From NCBI GenBank assembly GCA_015698285.1, contig CP048685.1, forward strand, positions 3,472,060-3,536,059: a DNA stretch of 64,000 bases. Reading direction: 5' to 3'. Position numbers and translations under genes: made by a program. The notes beneath the pieces were generated by a model. It saw nothing but the letters and a program-made list of their open reading frames with translations, had not been told where the DNA came from and did no database searches. Below are positions 1 through 9,363 of this stretch, in pieces (the stretch's first letter is position 1; each line of letters begins with the position of its first letter). The stretch is from Candidatus Nitronauta litoralis. GTDB lineage: Bacteria > Nitrospinota > Nitrospinia > Nitrospinales > Nitrospinaceae.

Positions 1-1
1 C

Positions 2-757
2 GCGCTCCTGGCGTTCACCAAAGCAGAAGCAGAATTTAAAGCGATTGAAGCAGATTTACGTGGGGTTCAGGAGGGGCGACGTGCTCTTGGACACCGCCGC
101 GAACAGGTTGGTGCTGAATTGGTCCAGAAGTTACTGGACACAAAATCCAAACGTGCTTCTGCACGAAGTGATTTTGCAAAGGCCTCAAAGGAAATCGCAG
201 ACCTGGAATTGAAACGGTCCAATGCATTTCAAAGGCAAAAAGCCCGCGAAGTTACCGCCCCATTTGATGGAACAGTGGTTCGTTTATCCCGTATGGGCCC
301 AGGTGAGATTGTTCACTCTGGTAATTTACTTTTCACTCTGGTTCCGACAAATACCACTCCCGCTCTTGAAATGTGGAGCAGTTCGTTAGATGCGCCTTTA
401 TTAAGGCCAGGCCGCCCTGTCCGGCTTTTGTTTAACGGGGTCCCTGCGATACCGCTTCCTGCCTGGCCTAAGCTGATGGCTGGAACATTTGACGGCCAAA
501 TTCAGGTGGTGGATCAATCAGCTTCTGAAAATGGTCGATTCCGGTTCTGGGTGGTACCTGACAATAGTCGTCGGCACTGGCCCCCTCAACAATATGTCAG
601 ACAGGGAACGCAGGTGATTGGCTGGGTGATCCTGAACCGAGTGCCTTTGTGGTATGAAATCTGGCGTCGATTTAACCTCTTCCCTCCGGATTATGAATCA
701 GGAGACGTGAGCTTAAAGGACGTTTTCCTGCCTAAGGCAGGAAGGCCAAGAAAATAG
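2..757 (+). CDS. HlyD-family periplasmic adaptor (membrane fusion protein), C-terminal part; 5' end off-window
   Basis: The frame of the 119..757 ORF stays open back to base 2, so the listed Met is internal. A coiled-coil-like segment (AEAEFKAIEADLRG...KASKEIADLELKR) is followed by barrel motifs FDGTVVRL...GNLLFTLVP and RPGRPVRLLF. TolC-like and ABC-like genes follow. Confidence 0.7.
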   Translation, partial: ALLAFTKAEAEFKAIEADLRGVQEGRRALGHRREQVGAELVQKLLDTKSKRASARSDFAKASKEIADLELKRSNAFQRQKAREVTAPFDGTVVRLSRMGPGEIVHSGNLLFTLVPTNTTPALEMWSSSLDAPLLRPGRPVRLLFNGVPAIPLPAWPKLMAGTFDGQIQVVDQSASENGRFRFWVVPDNSRRHWPPQQYVRQGTQVIGWVILNRVPLWYEIWRRFNLFPPDYESGDVSLKDVFLPKAGRPRK

Positions 758-811
758 GAAACCAGTTTGTTCCCGGAATTTTTTGCGTCAATATTTTAGA
801 TAGATGAGGAA

Positions 812-2287
812 GTGAAAGTGAGAATTACTCTGAACGCAATAGCAATTGTCCTGCTGGTTATTTTTGCGTCTCCTTCATGGGCCAAGGATGAGGTTCCCAC
901 ATTCCCCTATGAATCTCCCAATTCTTTACTAACGCTTCAAAATGTTTTTGAAAGACTGGAAAAAGAACATCCTCTTCTCAAGAAAAGTCAGGCCAACATT
1001 ACCCTGGCCCGGGGGAGGGTCCTGAAAGCATTAGGAAAATTTGATCCCAACCTCGTCAATGATTGGGAATTAGAACGCCTGGTAAAAAATGGCTCCACAA
1101 AAAATGTAGGTTTTAATGACACATTCGTTGAACTTCGTCATCCCTGGGGAATAAAAGGGTTTGCCGGATTTAGAGCGGGAATAGGGGATGTGGAGGTTGC
1201 TGATCTGGGTATCAACACCACCAACACACCTTTACTTGGAATTGTGTTTCCTTTGCTCCGTGGATTTATTACTAACCCTGCTAGTGGAGAACTGAAAAAA
1301 TCATCGTTGGCGGAGGAACAGGCAAACCTGGAGATACAGCAGACTCGCCAGGATTTATACCTGGGTGCAGCAACCCAATACTGGAACTGGGTCGCTGCCT
1401 CAAAAGTCAGTGATGTTCAGAAAAAGTCAGTATCAGTGGCAGAGGGTCGTCTCGATTTGCTGACACAACAGGTAAAAGAGGGAGCAAGGCCTGAGTTTGA
1501 CGTCATTGATGCCACCCGGGAAGTTCAATGGAGAAAAGACAAGTTGATTAAAGCAAAAAGAAAGGTTGATAAGGAACAGTATAAATTAGCTTTGTTTTTA
1601 TGGAATGGTGACGAATTGATGGTGCCGGAAAAGCGAAAGGTACCAGCCTTTCCAAAGGTTGATTCAAAACGATGGTTGAGTGGTATGGAACAAGTAAAAC
1701 GAGAAGCCACCGAGGTTCGTCCTGAAATCCAACTGGTTAACCTGGAAGCTCAGTTTAATAATATTGACCTGGATGTCGCTGAAAACAACTTACTGCCTGA
1801 TTTGTCCCTGGAAGCTCAACCAACGCGAAAACCAGGAGAGTTTGTGCTTGGTCTGGGCTACCGGTTTGGAGTCCAATTGAGTATTCCCCTTTTTCAAAGA
1901 GAAGCGAAGGGCGACATTATGAGGATAAAAGGCAAGGCCGACCAACTGAAACTCCTCAAAGACTATCGCCAAAAACAAATAGCGATGGATATAGCAAACG
2001 CCCGTTCAGCTTTAATCAGGGCTGAAGAAAGGGTTCATATTTTGAAAGAAGGTTTAACTCTGGCTAAAAAACTGGAAGAAGGCGAGCGCACACGATTTCA
2101 GCTTGGTGCAACAACCCTGCTCGTCGTGAACCTTCGTGAGCGCAGTGTCCTGGAAGCAAATGAATCATGGATTTGGGGAATGGCCGATTACCAAAAAGCG
2201 GTTGCGTTGTATCAATGGGCCATTGGAAATTGGGTTGATGGGCTGCCCCCTGAGAACTCACCCAAAAACACTGCAATGGCAAATTGA
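812..2287 (+). CDS. TolC-family outer membrane channel protein
   Basis: GTG start preceded by GAGGA. Signal peptide MKVRITLNAIAIVLLVIFASPSWA. Long coiled-coil-rich two-repeat architecture typical of outer membrane efflux proteins. 4-nt overlap (TTGA) with the next gene. Confidence 0.75.
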   Translation: MKVRITLNAIAIVLLVIFASPSWAKDEVPTFPYESPNSLLTLQNVFERLEKEHPLLKKSQANITLARGRVLKALGKFDPNLVNDWELERLVKNGSTKNVGFNDTFVELRHPWGIKGFAGFRAGIGDVEVADLGINTTNTPLLGIVFPLLRGFITNPASGELKKSSLAEEQANLEIQQTRQDLYLGAATQYWNWVAASKVSDVQKKSVSVAEGRLDLLTQQVKEGARPEFDVIDATREVQWRKDKLIKAKRKVDKEQYKLALFLWNGDELMVPEKRKVPAFPKVDSKRWLSGMEQVKREATEVRPEIQLVNLEAQFNNIDLDVAENNLLPDLSLEAQPTRKPGEFVLGLGYRFGVQLSIPLFQREAKGDIMRIKGKADQLKLLKDYRQKQIAMDIANARSALIRAEERVHILKEGLTLAKKLEEGERTRFQLGATTLLVVNLRERSVLEANESWIWGMADYQKAVALYQWAIGNWVDGLPPENSPKNTAMAN

Positions 2288-3948
2288 ATACTATGGGACA
2301 AGCACCGACATTCAGAGAAACTCTTGACCGCCTTGGAAGGTTTGTAAAACAGGAGCGCTCTCTATTATTTTTTATTTTTGTTTACGCCATTGCGGTAGGC
2401 CTTTTCTCCCTCATCATTCCTTTTTCAGTTCAGGAGCTTGTAAATACCTTTGCCTTTGCAGTAACTCCTGTAATGGTCGTTACCCTGGTTGGCATCATGG
2501 CCGGAATATTACTGTTCGTTGGATTCTTTCGGGTTCTGCAGTTTTATGCGACAGATATTCTCGAGCGTCGTATTTTTGTCAGAGTGAGTCTTGCCCTTGC
2601 TGAATTATTACCTCGTTTTAAAGAAAAGACTTTTAGTTCTAATTCTATCAACCGGTTTTTTGAAACCGTGTTCCTTCAACGCGCCTTTTCCAATTTGTTT
2701 GTAGACCTGACCAACGTACTGGTGGGTGGAGCCATAGGGATGATTTTACTGGTTTTCTATCATCCCTATTTTCTGGTTTTCGATATTGTCTTAATCATTT
2801 CCGTGGTAATCATCGCTTTTCTTGGTAAGGGTGGTTTTCAAAACACTATAAAAATGTCTGAGGCAAAATACGAAGCGTTCCACTGGCTTCAGGAAGTAGC
2901 AAACAACCTGATACATTTTAAAGCCACTAACTGTGCGAATCTAATATTTCAAAAAACAGATTCCTTAGCAACATCATACGTATTGGCTCGGAAACGCCGT
3001 TTTAAAGCCTTGATCCGCCAGTACATTGGATCACTTTTCTTTCAGGTGATAATGCATGTGGGACTTTTGGGGACTGCCGGATGGCTTCTCAGCCAGGGCC
3101 AGCTGACCCTGGGTCAATTGGTTGCCGCAGAAGTGATTGTGGCCAGCCTGCTACTCAATCTTGACTCCGTTGTAAAACGTACGTATGTCGTATTTTATTT
3201 CTTCACGGCCCTTGTCGAACTGGACCATTTATACAAACTGCCAACAGACGAATTAGAAACCGGATCCGGTTTGCCATTTCCCTCAACAAATGGTTCAGGT
3301 CTCCACTTGAGTTGCAGCCATTTAAGTTGGACTAAAAAAGGAGGGGTTTCCCAAAGGGAAATAAACTTTGAAGCTCAACCAGGAGAAAAATGGGCTCTGG
3401 TTTGTCCAACAGAATCAATTCGCATGCGAATTTCACTGGCCCTTGCCGGGTTAGACCAGCCAGCAAATGGAGTAGTTCGCTACAATGGCATCGACATTAA
3501 GAGCTTGTCAACTGAACAAGTCAATGAGCAAAGGGGGATATTATTTGGAAGGGACCTCAGTTTGTTTGAGGGATCCATTGCGGAAAATATTATCATGGGG
3601 CGTAATATAGCCACTGAAGATTTAATTAAAGCACTGAGATTATCTCTATTGGATGGTGAGCTGGCAAATTTTTCAGATGGACTGGAAACGATGATTGTGC
3701 AGGGGGGTAAACATTTTTCACCAAGCCAGCGTTATAGAATATTATTGGCAAGGGCTATCGTTGGCAACCCTTCACTTTTAATACTGGACGGGGTTATCCA
3801 CAAACTCCCAATTCAAATCCGGGAACCTCTGGTACGTAAGCTTATTTCAGACGACTGCACCTCGACCTTGATTATTGTTTCTACAGATCCCCAGATAGAA
3901 AATTATACTGATAAATTTGTAGAGATTCCTGACGATTTTATTGAATAG
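2284..3948 (+). CDS. ABC exporter-like protein (TMD + NBD) with degenerate nucleotide-binding domain
   Basis: The N-terminal hydrophobic half has several TM helices. The C-terminal half aligns by eye to an ABC NBD, but Walker A is VCPTESIRM (no GK[ST]), the signature is FSPSQ (not LSGGQ), Walker B is LLILDG (no catalytic Glu) and the H-loop position is IIVSTDP (no His). Alternative ATG start at 2293. Confidence 0.75.
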   Translation: MNTMGQAPTFRETLDRLGRFVKQERSLLFFIFVYAIAVGLFSLIIPFSVQELVNTFAFAVTPVMVVTLVGIMAGILLFVGFFRVLQFYATDILERRIFVRVSLALAELLPRFKEKTFSSNSINRFFETVFLQRAFSNLFVDLTNVLVGGAIGMILLVFYHPYFLVFDIVLIISVVIIAFLGKGGFQNTIKMSEAKYEAFHWLQEVANNLIHFKATNCANLIFQKTDSLATSYVLARKRRFKALIRQYIGSLFFQVIMHVGLLGTAGWLLSQGQLTLGQLVAAEVIVASLLLNLDSVVKRTYVVFYFFTALVELDHLYKLPTDELETGSGLPFPSTNGSGLHLSCSHLSWTKKGGVSQREINFEAQPGEKWALVCPTESIRMRISLALAGLDQPANGVVRYNGIDIKSLSTEQVNEQRGILFGRDLSLFEGSIAENIIMGRNIATEDLIKALRLSLLDGELANFSDGLETMIVQGGKHFSPSQRYRILLARAIVGNPSLLILDGVIHKLPIQIREPLVRKLISDDCTSTLIIVSTDPQIENYTDKFVEIPDDFIE

Positions 3949-4138
3949 AAATTCCCGAAGATAACAACACAGTATTATTTTTGAATAAAAAGGACTTAGC
4001 GACACTCCCTTTGTCCTGCCTCAAAACTCTGTTTTCCTGACTAAGACATAAAATAACCCGTCCCGCAAGATAAGATCCTATTCCCTATCCGTCAGCGTGG
4101 CTCTCTATAAATAGTTGGACCTGCCTCGAAGTTAACAA

Positions 4139-4173
4139 AACGGGTGGGGAAATTTCTCTGCCCGTTATTTTTT
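4139..4173 (+). terminator. candidate intrinsic terminator (weak)
   Basis: AACGGG (4139-4144) pairs with CCCGTT (4161-4166) around a 16-nt loop, followed by A + T6. It lies about 190 nt downstream of the ABC-like stop. The large loop makes it weak. Confidence 0.3.
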
Positions 4174-4650
4174 GTGAAAAGCTATCCTGGAAGTGGAAAC
4201 GAAGTTCTTCAGTTCCTGCCAATCATTATGACCTTCAGGAACCTGCTAGCAGCAGGCAGACCATGATGTTTTTTTCAGAGTGGAGGAAAAACAGAAAATA
4301 CGAGGATGAGGAATCCTCAGTCAAATACAGAATAGGGTTCCCGGCTTGAAAACACGAACGGGATCATGGAGTTGAATAACCAACTCCATGATTTCTCGCG
4401 CCAGGCGAAAAAAGAAAGGGGTCCCCTCCCTCCCCAAATTTTGCCCCAAAATGTATTGAGCGCCAACTTTGTATTAGGATAGGAATACGATAACTCTTAA
4501 GGGGGTCATGTGTCAACCCAATAATTTGATTTCATTAACTTTATTTGATTTTTGTTGTAGCTTCTTAACAAATAATTCACAAAATCCAATGATTTTTAAA
4601 GAGTTATAAAATTTTTTTCAACAAGTTTTTAAGAGGTTATCCACAGTTTA

Positions 4651-7002
4651 TTAAAGGTTCTGAGTTGCCTTGAAACTTTTAATCTCTCGGATGCCTTTTC
4701 TGGAATCCGGGTGCAAAGGCTGGTATTGAAGAACTTTATTAAATGATGCCCTGGATAAATCCAGTTTTCCAAGCTTGAGGTAAACCCATCCCAGTCCATC
4801 GTTTATCTCTGGCCAATCCGGATGAGCTTTTTTGGCCTTTTCAAACACTTCAAGAGCTCGCTCATAATTTTCCTGCTCAAGCAACACGCGGCCCAGTTTC
4901 GTACGGGCATTGGTCTGGATGAAGACAGGGGAGGTGGTCTCACTTCCGATCAACATTTCTTCAACCGTTGTAGGATATCGATTTTGTTTCAGGCTTTCCA
5001 TCAAGTATTGTTCTGCCAGTTGATAGCTTTTCAGTTTGTGGTACACGTAACCCAGTCCTTTTAAGGATTCTGAATTTTTCGGTTCCCGAGTCAAAGCCAC
5101 CTGGAACAGCTGTTGGGCAAGGGGATACTCTTTACGATGGAAATATTCCCAACCCATCCGGTTAAAAACCTGCCAACCGTATCGTTCATTACCCAGCATG
5201 GTCACAAATTCTTTAGACAACGCCAATTCTGGTTCCAGGCTGATTGATTTCAGAAAATACTCAACTCCAAGATCAGGGTCTCCATTCTGGTAATATACCC
5301 AGCCGAGAGCCATGTAGGTGGATGCCTGGCGTGGAAATTGTTTCAACCTGGAAAGAAAATAGGACTCAGCATCATGGGGTGGATATGCGCGGAGGACGCT
5401 CCAGTCAAGAGCTTCCGCAACTTCATCACGCCCCGGATAAAACATTTCAGCTTGCTGCAGCCACTCAACAGCCAGCTGGTATTCTTTCGCACGATAATAT
5501 GTTAGCCCCTTGCCCCGTGCCACATCATCATGGAAGTCAGGCATGTGTTGGATACGATCAAAGTTATCGAGGGCCACCTCATAAAGTCCTTTCTCCAACT
5601 GACTCCAGGCAAGGCCTTTATAAGCATCTGCCAAATGTCCTTCAAGTTTTGCCTGGGGCCCCAGGCTCTGGATATAATCCCAATATTGGTAGGAGGCTGT
5701 CTGGTAATCCTTCTTTTTTAATGCCTGATTACCGCGGTAAACCGGGGGCGCTTGTTTTAGCTGAAGTTGATCCAGGCCCTTTTGAGCAACGGAGTCATCC
5801 GGATTCAGGTTGAGTGCCTCATTAAATTGAACCCATGCATCCTCTTCACGATTGTTTGCGAGAGCAATGGTTCCCAGCATTGCCGTGGGGTGAGACCAAT
5901 GACGGTAACTGGCCTCAAGGTCCTGATACTTTTTTTCAGCCAGCCGGTATTTTTGCAAATCAAAATAATGTCGTGCAACAGAAGCCTTTTTATTGAGTGT
6001 GTCTTCAATAGCTTGAAGGCCTTCAACCGCCCCTTGAAATGTAGGATGACGGTTCAGGACTTTCTCAAAAACTCTTTGCGCTTCCTCTATCGCTCCCGAA
6101 GAAAACAAAGACCAGGCCAGACCATTTTGAGCATCCAGGGTTCCTGAAAATTCAGAGTCCATATCCTCAAAAGCTGCAACAGCTCTTTTATAAAATCCTT
6201 TTCGGTACCACAACCAGGCCGCATTGACAGGACCGTTACCAGTTGGCTCTTCCAGAGCATAAAGTAGACTGCGATACCTTGGTTTTTCCTCAGGCAATGA
6301 AAAGACAGAAGCAGAATTATTTTTAGATGGAATTATTTCCAAGGCATGGAGTTCCGTTTTGGTCCCGATTGAAGCCATGAGGCTTAGAATTTCATCTTCT
6401 CTGAAAATTTTTTCAAACTCCACCAATGCCTCTTCTTTTTTTGCCAGTTGGAGAAAGGTCAGGGCCTTCCCCTTGATCACCTGATAGGAATCCGGTGCGA
6501 AATGAGCAGCCCTTTGAAATGCATCCAGGGCTTGCTCATAATATTGCATCGCAAAGTAACACCATCCCATTCCGATCAGGGGGTGGGAATCTCTTGGGTA
6601 TTGAGCATGGGTACGACTGAAATTTATGAGCGCGAGTTCATATCGTTTCTGGAAGAAGTGAGTCCATGGAAGGAGGAATTGTGCGTCCGGTTCGTCCGGG
6701 TTCTGAATCAGTGTCTTTTTCAGGTAATATTCGGCCACATTGTAATTCTGGAGTAGAAATTGCTGGTTGGCGTAAACCAGGTTGTCGCGAATTAGTTCAG
6801 CAGGAGCCCTGTAACCAATCAGTGACCTTCCAGGTTTGACGGAAGGATCATCCCGGGAGATTTTTTCACTGGGCCCCGTTGGCAGGGTTGTGAGCGTTTC
6901 CTTGACGGACTGGCATCCAGTAGCCTGAATCAACAGGAAAACACAATATAAAATCAAAAGGTTGCTGGAGAAACGGTTCACTGGTTTATCCCTGAAAAAC
7001 AA
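4651..7002 (-). CDS. large TPR-repeat lipoprotein
   Basis: 783-aa ORF with TTG start. N-terminal hydrophobic stretch ending in lipobox-like QATGC. The rest is repeated TPR-like helical pairs (recurrent A..Y/W...G.....A...F..AL...P patterns). Confidence 0.8.
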   Translation of the reverse strand: MFFRDKPVNRFSSNLLILYCVFLLIQATGCQSVKETLTTLPTGPSEKISRDDPSVKPGRSLIGYRAPAELIRDNLVYANQQFLLQNYNVAEYYLKKTLIQNPDEPDAQFLLPWTHFFQKRYELALINFSRTHAQYPRDSHPLIGMGWCYFAMQYYEQALDAFQRAAHFAPDSYQVIKGKALTFLQLAKKEEALVEFEKIFREDEILSLMASIGTKTELHALEIIPSKNNSASVFSLPEEKPRYRSLLYALEEPTGNGPVNAAWLWYRKGFYKRAVAAFEDMDSEFSGTLDAQNGLAWSLFSSGAIEEAQRVFEKVLNRHPTFQGAVEGLQAIEDTLNKKASVARHYFDLQKYRLAEKKYQDLEASYRHWSHPTAMLGTIALANNREEDAWVQFNEALNLNPDDSVAQKGLDQLQLKQAPPVYRGNQALKKKDYQTASYQYWDYIQSLGPQAKLEGHLADAYKGLAWSQLEKGLYEVALDNFDRIQHMPDFHDDVARGKGLTYYRAKEYQLAVEWLQQAEMFYPGRDEVAEALDWSVLRAYPPHDAESYFLSRLKQFPRQASTYMALGWVYYQNGDPDLGVEYFLKSISLEPELALSKEFVTMLGNERYGWQVFNRMGWEYFHRKEYPLAQQLFQVALTREPKNSESLKGLGYVYHKLKSYQLAEQYLMESLKQNRYPTTVEEMLIGSETTSPVFIQTNARTKLGRVLLEQENYERALEVFEKAKKAHPDWPEINDGLGWVYLKLGKLDLSRASFNKVLQYQPLHPDSRKGIREIKSFKATQNL

Positions 7003-7155
7003 AGTAATTATTAGTTTATCATCGGCATTTGACGTGTGATTTCTTAGTTTTTGAGCAATATTTTGAGGGGAAAGGCCTCCAAACCTGAAATTTATTTCAG
7101 GAATTCCCCTGGATGCGGTAATATTCCCCCTTTACTCTTTAATGCACAGGTAGTT

Positions 7156-8109
7156 ATGAAATTTGGCGCGATCTTTACAAGCCTGTTGGCTTTGTTACTT
7201 TTACCCGCTTGTGGTCAGGAACCCGAAACCATCGAGGAAGCACCGTCTGTGGCTCAAATTGAAGAGGCCGCTGGCGGAACTCCAACCACCACTCCAGCTC
7301 AACAGGGAGTCAACCCGATAAAGTACACCGGTGAGGACAAGAAATACCAGGAGCAGGCTCCCGAAGGGATGGTTTATATCAAGGGAGGTTGTTTCATCCA
7401 GGGCACCAACGAGGCCCAGGTTGACGAAAAATGGGAGCATGAAGTCTGCCTGGATGGGTTCTATTTGGACAAATACGAGGTTACCCAGAAGCGTTGGAAA
7501 GCTTTAATTGATTACAACCCCTCCAAGTTTGTCGGAGACGACCTGCCTGTAGAACAGGTTAATTATTATGATATTCAGGAGTATATCAATCTCAGTAACG
7601 GTCAATGCCGTCTCCCTACAGAATCAGAATGGGAATATGCTGCAGGCGGTGGGTTGGTAAGAACCCGGTATTACTGGGGTAATATGATGGATGGTGATTT
7701 TGCCTGGTTTGAAGATAACTCTGAGGCGAAAACTCACCCCGTTGGGCAAAAGAAACCAAATCAATTTGGTTTGTATGACATGATGGGGAATGTCTGGGAA
7801 TGGACTGAAGACTGGTACACTCCAACCTATGAGCCTGCGAAGGTTACCAACCCTCATGGACCCGCAAAAGGTGAGTTTCGAGTCATTCGCGGGGGCGGGC
7901 TTGATACATCCGCAGGCGGTTTACGCATAACCAATCGTACCTGGTTGCATCCCAAAAACAGGGTGTTCACCAAGATAACAACTTACGGTGGAATAATTAA
8001 TGAGATTTTCAATTTCATCGGATTTCGCTGTGCCAGGGACCTTAATGTTCCCCTCCAAACGGATTCTGTTGAACCGGAGGAAAAGACAATTAGTTCCGAG
8101 CCCCAATAG
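7156..8109 (+). CDS. formylglycine-generating-enzyme (SUMF1/FGE-sulfatase) domain lipoprotein
   Basis: Motifs YLDKYEVTQKRW, RLPTESEWEYAAGGG, GNVWEWTEDWY and RVIRGGG. I prefer the ATG at 7156, which gives MKFGAIFTSLLALLLLPACGQE (signal peptide + lipobox), over the 7051 ORF start. Confidence 0.8.
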   Translation: MKFGAIFTSLLALLLLPACGQEPETIEEAPSVAQIEEAAGGTPTTTPAQQGVNPIKYTGEDKKYQEQAPEGMVYIKGGCFIQGTNEAQVDEKWEHEVCLDGFYLDKYEVTQKRWKALIDYNPSKFVGDDLPVEQVNYYDIQEYINLSNGQCRLPTESEWEYAAGGGLVRTRYYWGNMMDGDFAWFEDNSEAKTHPVGQKKPNQFGLYDMMGNVWEWTEDWYTPTYEPAKVTNPHGPAKGEFRVIRGGGLDTSAGGLRITNRTWLHPKNRVFTKITTYGGIINEIFNFIGFRCARDLNVPLQTDSVEPEEKTISSEPQ

Positions 8110-8239
8110 TTTACCCTCAGGGAAACTGAAACAAGAATTACAAGCACCATAAGGTTAGGAGACTGGAAGTTTAAAAACGTATTTTATTAACGGGTTTAAA
8201 ATTTCACACTGGAATGGCAAGAGCCGAACGGAGAATCTT

Positions 8240-8782
8240 ATGAAATGTGATGATTTCACTTTATTCAGTGGAGGCGCTTCCGGAGCCGAATCTGAATTTG
8301 GGAAGCAGGCTGAGTTGGTCGGAATTGAAGAAGTCAATTTCACTTTTGAAGGTCATCAAACTCAAAGAACACGAGGGGTACGATCGCTCACCCATAAGGA
8401 GCTTTTGCAAGGCGATGTCAGTTTATCCTATGTTTCCAAACTGATGAACCGGTCTTACAAACGCGCGCCTCTTTTGAAAAAGGTTTTGCAAAGTATCTGG
8501 CACCAAATCAACAGTGCGGAAGAGGTTTTCGTGGTGGGCACGATACAGGAGGACAAAACCGTCAAGGGCGGAACCGGATGGGGTGCAGAGTTTGCGAAGC
8601 TCTGCAACAAACCGTTGTATGTATTTGATCAGGAAAAGAAAAACTGGTTTCAGTGGGTTTCTGATAATTGGGAGGAAACCGAACCCAGAATCACGAAAAA
8701 ACGTTTCGCGGGAACGGGTACCCGTTTTCTAAACGAAGAGGGTAAACGTGCAATTTCACAATTATTCAGGAATTCGTTTTAG
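8240..8782 (+). CDS. hypothetical protein, SLOG-superfamily-like (LOG/DprA/YpsA-type Rossmannoid) fold suspected
   Basis: N-terminal FSGGASGAESEFGKQAE and C-terminal KGGTGWGAEFAKLCNKPLYVFD resemble the two glycine-rich nucleotide-binding motifs of LOG/DprA/YpsA proteins. No closer match recognised. Confidence 0.4.
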   Translation: MKCDDFTLFSGGASGAESEFGKQAELVGIEEVNFTFEGHQTQRTRGVRSLTHKELLQGDVSLSYVSKLMNRSYKRAPLLKKVLQSIWHQINSAEEVFVVGTIQEDKTVKGGTGWGAEFAKLCNKPLYVFDQEKKNWFQWVSDNWEETEPRITKKRFAGTGTRFLNEEGKRAISQLFRNSF

Positions 8783-8800
8783 TCGAGGAAACGGGTGGTC

Positions 8801-9229
8801 CTAACTACAAGCAGCACAAAGCCCAAATAAGTCGAGCTTATGCGAGGTCAATTTAAAGTTGTGGCGGCTCGCAACCTCTTCCTGAAGCTTTTCAATCATC
8901 GGATGCGTAAATTCGATGATCTTACCGCACTCAGTACAAATCATATGATCGTGATGGGAGTGCATGAACTTGTGCTCATACCGCTTTTGCCCATCACCAA
9001 AATCCAGTTCACTGGCCAATCCACTATGCGTTAACAAGCTAAGAGTTCTGTAAACTGTCGCCAAACCTATTTTAGGTTCCTTTTCAGTTACCAGTTTATA
9101 CAGTTCTTCCGCACTAACGTGGTCTTCACTACCAAGGAATGCTTCCAGCACTGCCCGCCGCTGCTTGGTTATTTTGAGATTATGTTGAACAATGTAATCT
9201 TCCAGTACCTGTTGTTCGCGGCGCCCCAT
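8801..9229 (-). CDS. fur: Fur-family metal-responsive transcriptional regulator
   Basis: 142 aa with an N-terminal winged helix (KITKQRRAVLEAF...VSAEELY...GLATVYRTL), HSHHDH, and CxxC pairs (CTECG, CAAC) typical of Fur/Zur/PerR. The subfamily is not resolvable by eye. Confidence 0.85.
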   Translation of the reverse strand: MGRREQQVLEDYIVQHNLKITKQRRAVLEAFLGSEDHVSAEELYKLVTEKEPKIGLATVYRTLSLLTHSGLASELDFGDGQKRYEHKFMHSHHDHMICTECGKIIEFTHPMIEKLQEEVASRHNFKLTSHKLDLFGLCAACS

Positions 9230-9363
9230 GAAACACCCTTTATTTAAAAAAGTAATAAAAAGAACTCAACCCGCTGGAGACTTTATCTTACATTCAATAA
9301 TGCTTATTTTTTCACAAGTCTGCAAAAAGAAAAACTGAAATCTTTTCACAAAAAGACAAAAAC

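Noticed and set aside
4366-4482. 38-aa plus-strand ORF (MELNNQLHDFSRQAKKERGPLPPQILPQNVLSANFVLG) running through the 12-bp hairpin in the long spacer, considered as a secreted-peptide substrate for the adjacent export cluster
   Set aside because: It has no SD, its start codon is buried in the hairpin stem, and it has no GG-type leader or hydrophobic/cysteine-rich core. This is not enough to call it a gene.
4822-6756. Plus-strand ORFs (4822-5064, 5244-5813, 5767-6147, 6448-6756) inside the TPR gene region
   Set aside because: They are shadow ORFs antisense to a continuous 783-aa TPR protein with a signal/lipobox. They show no independent coding signals.
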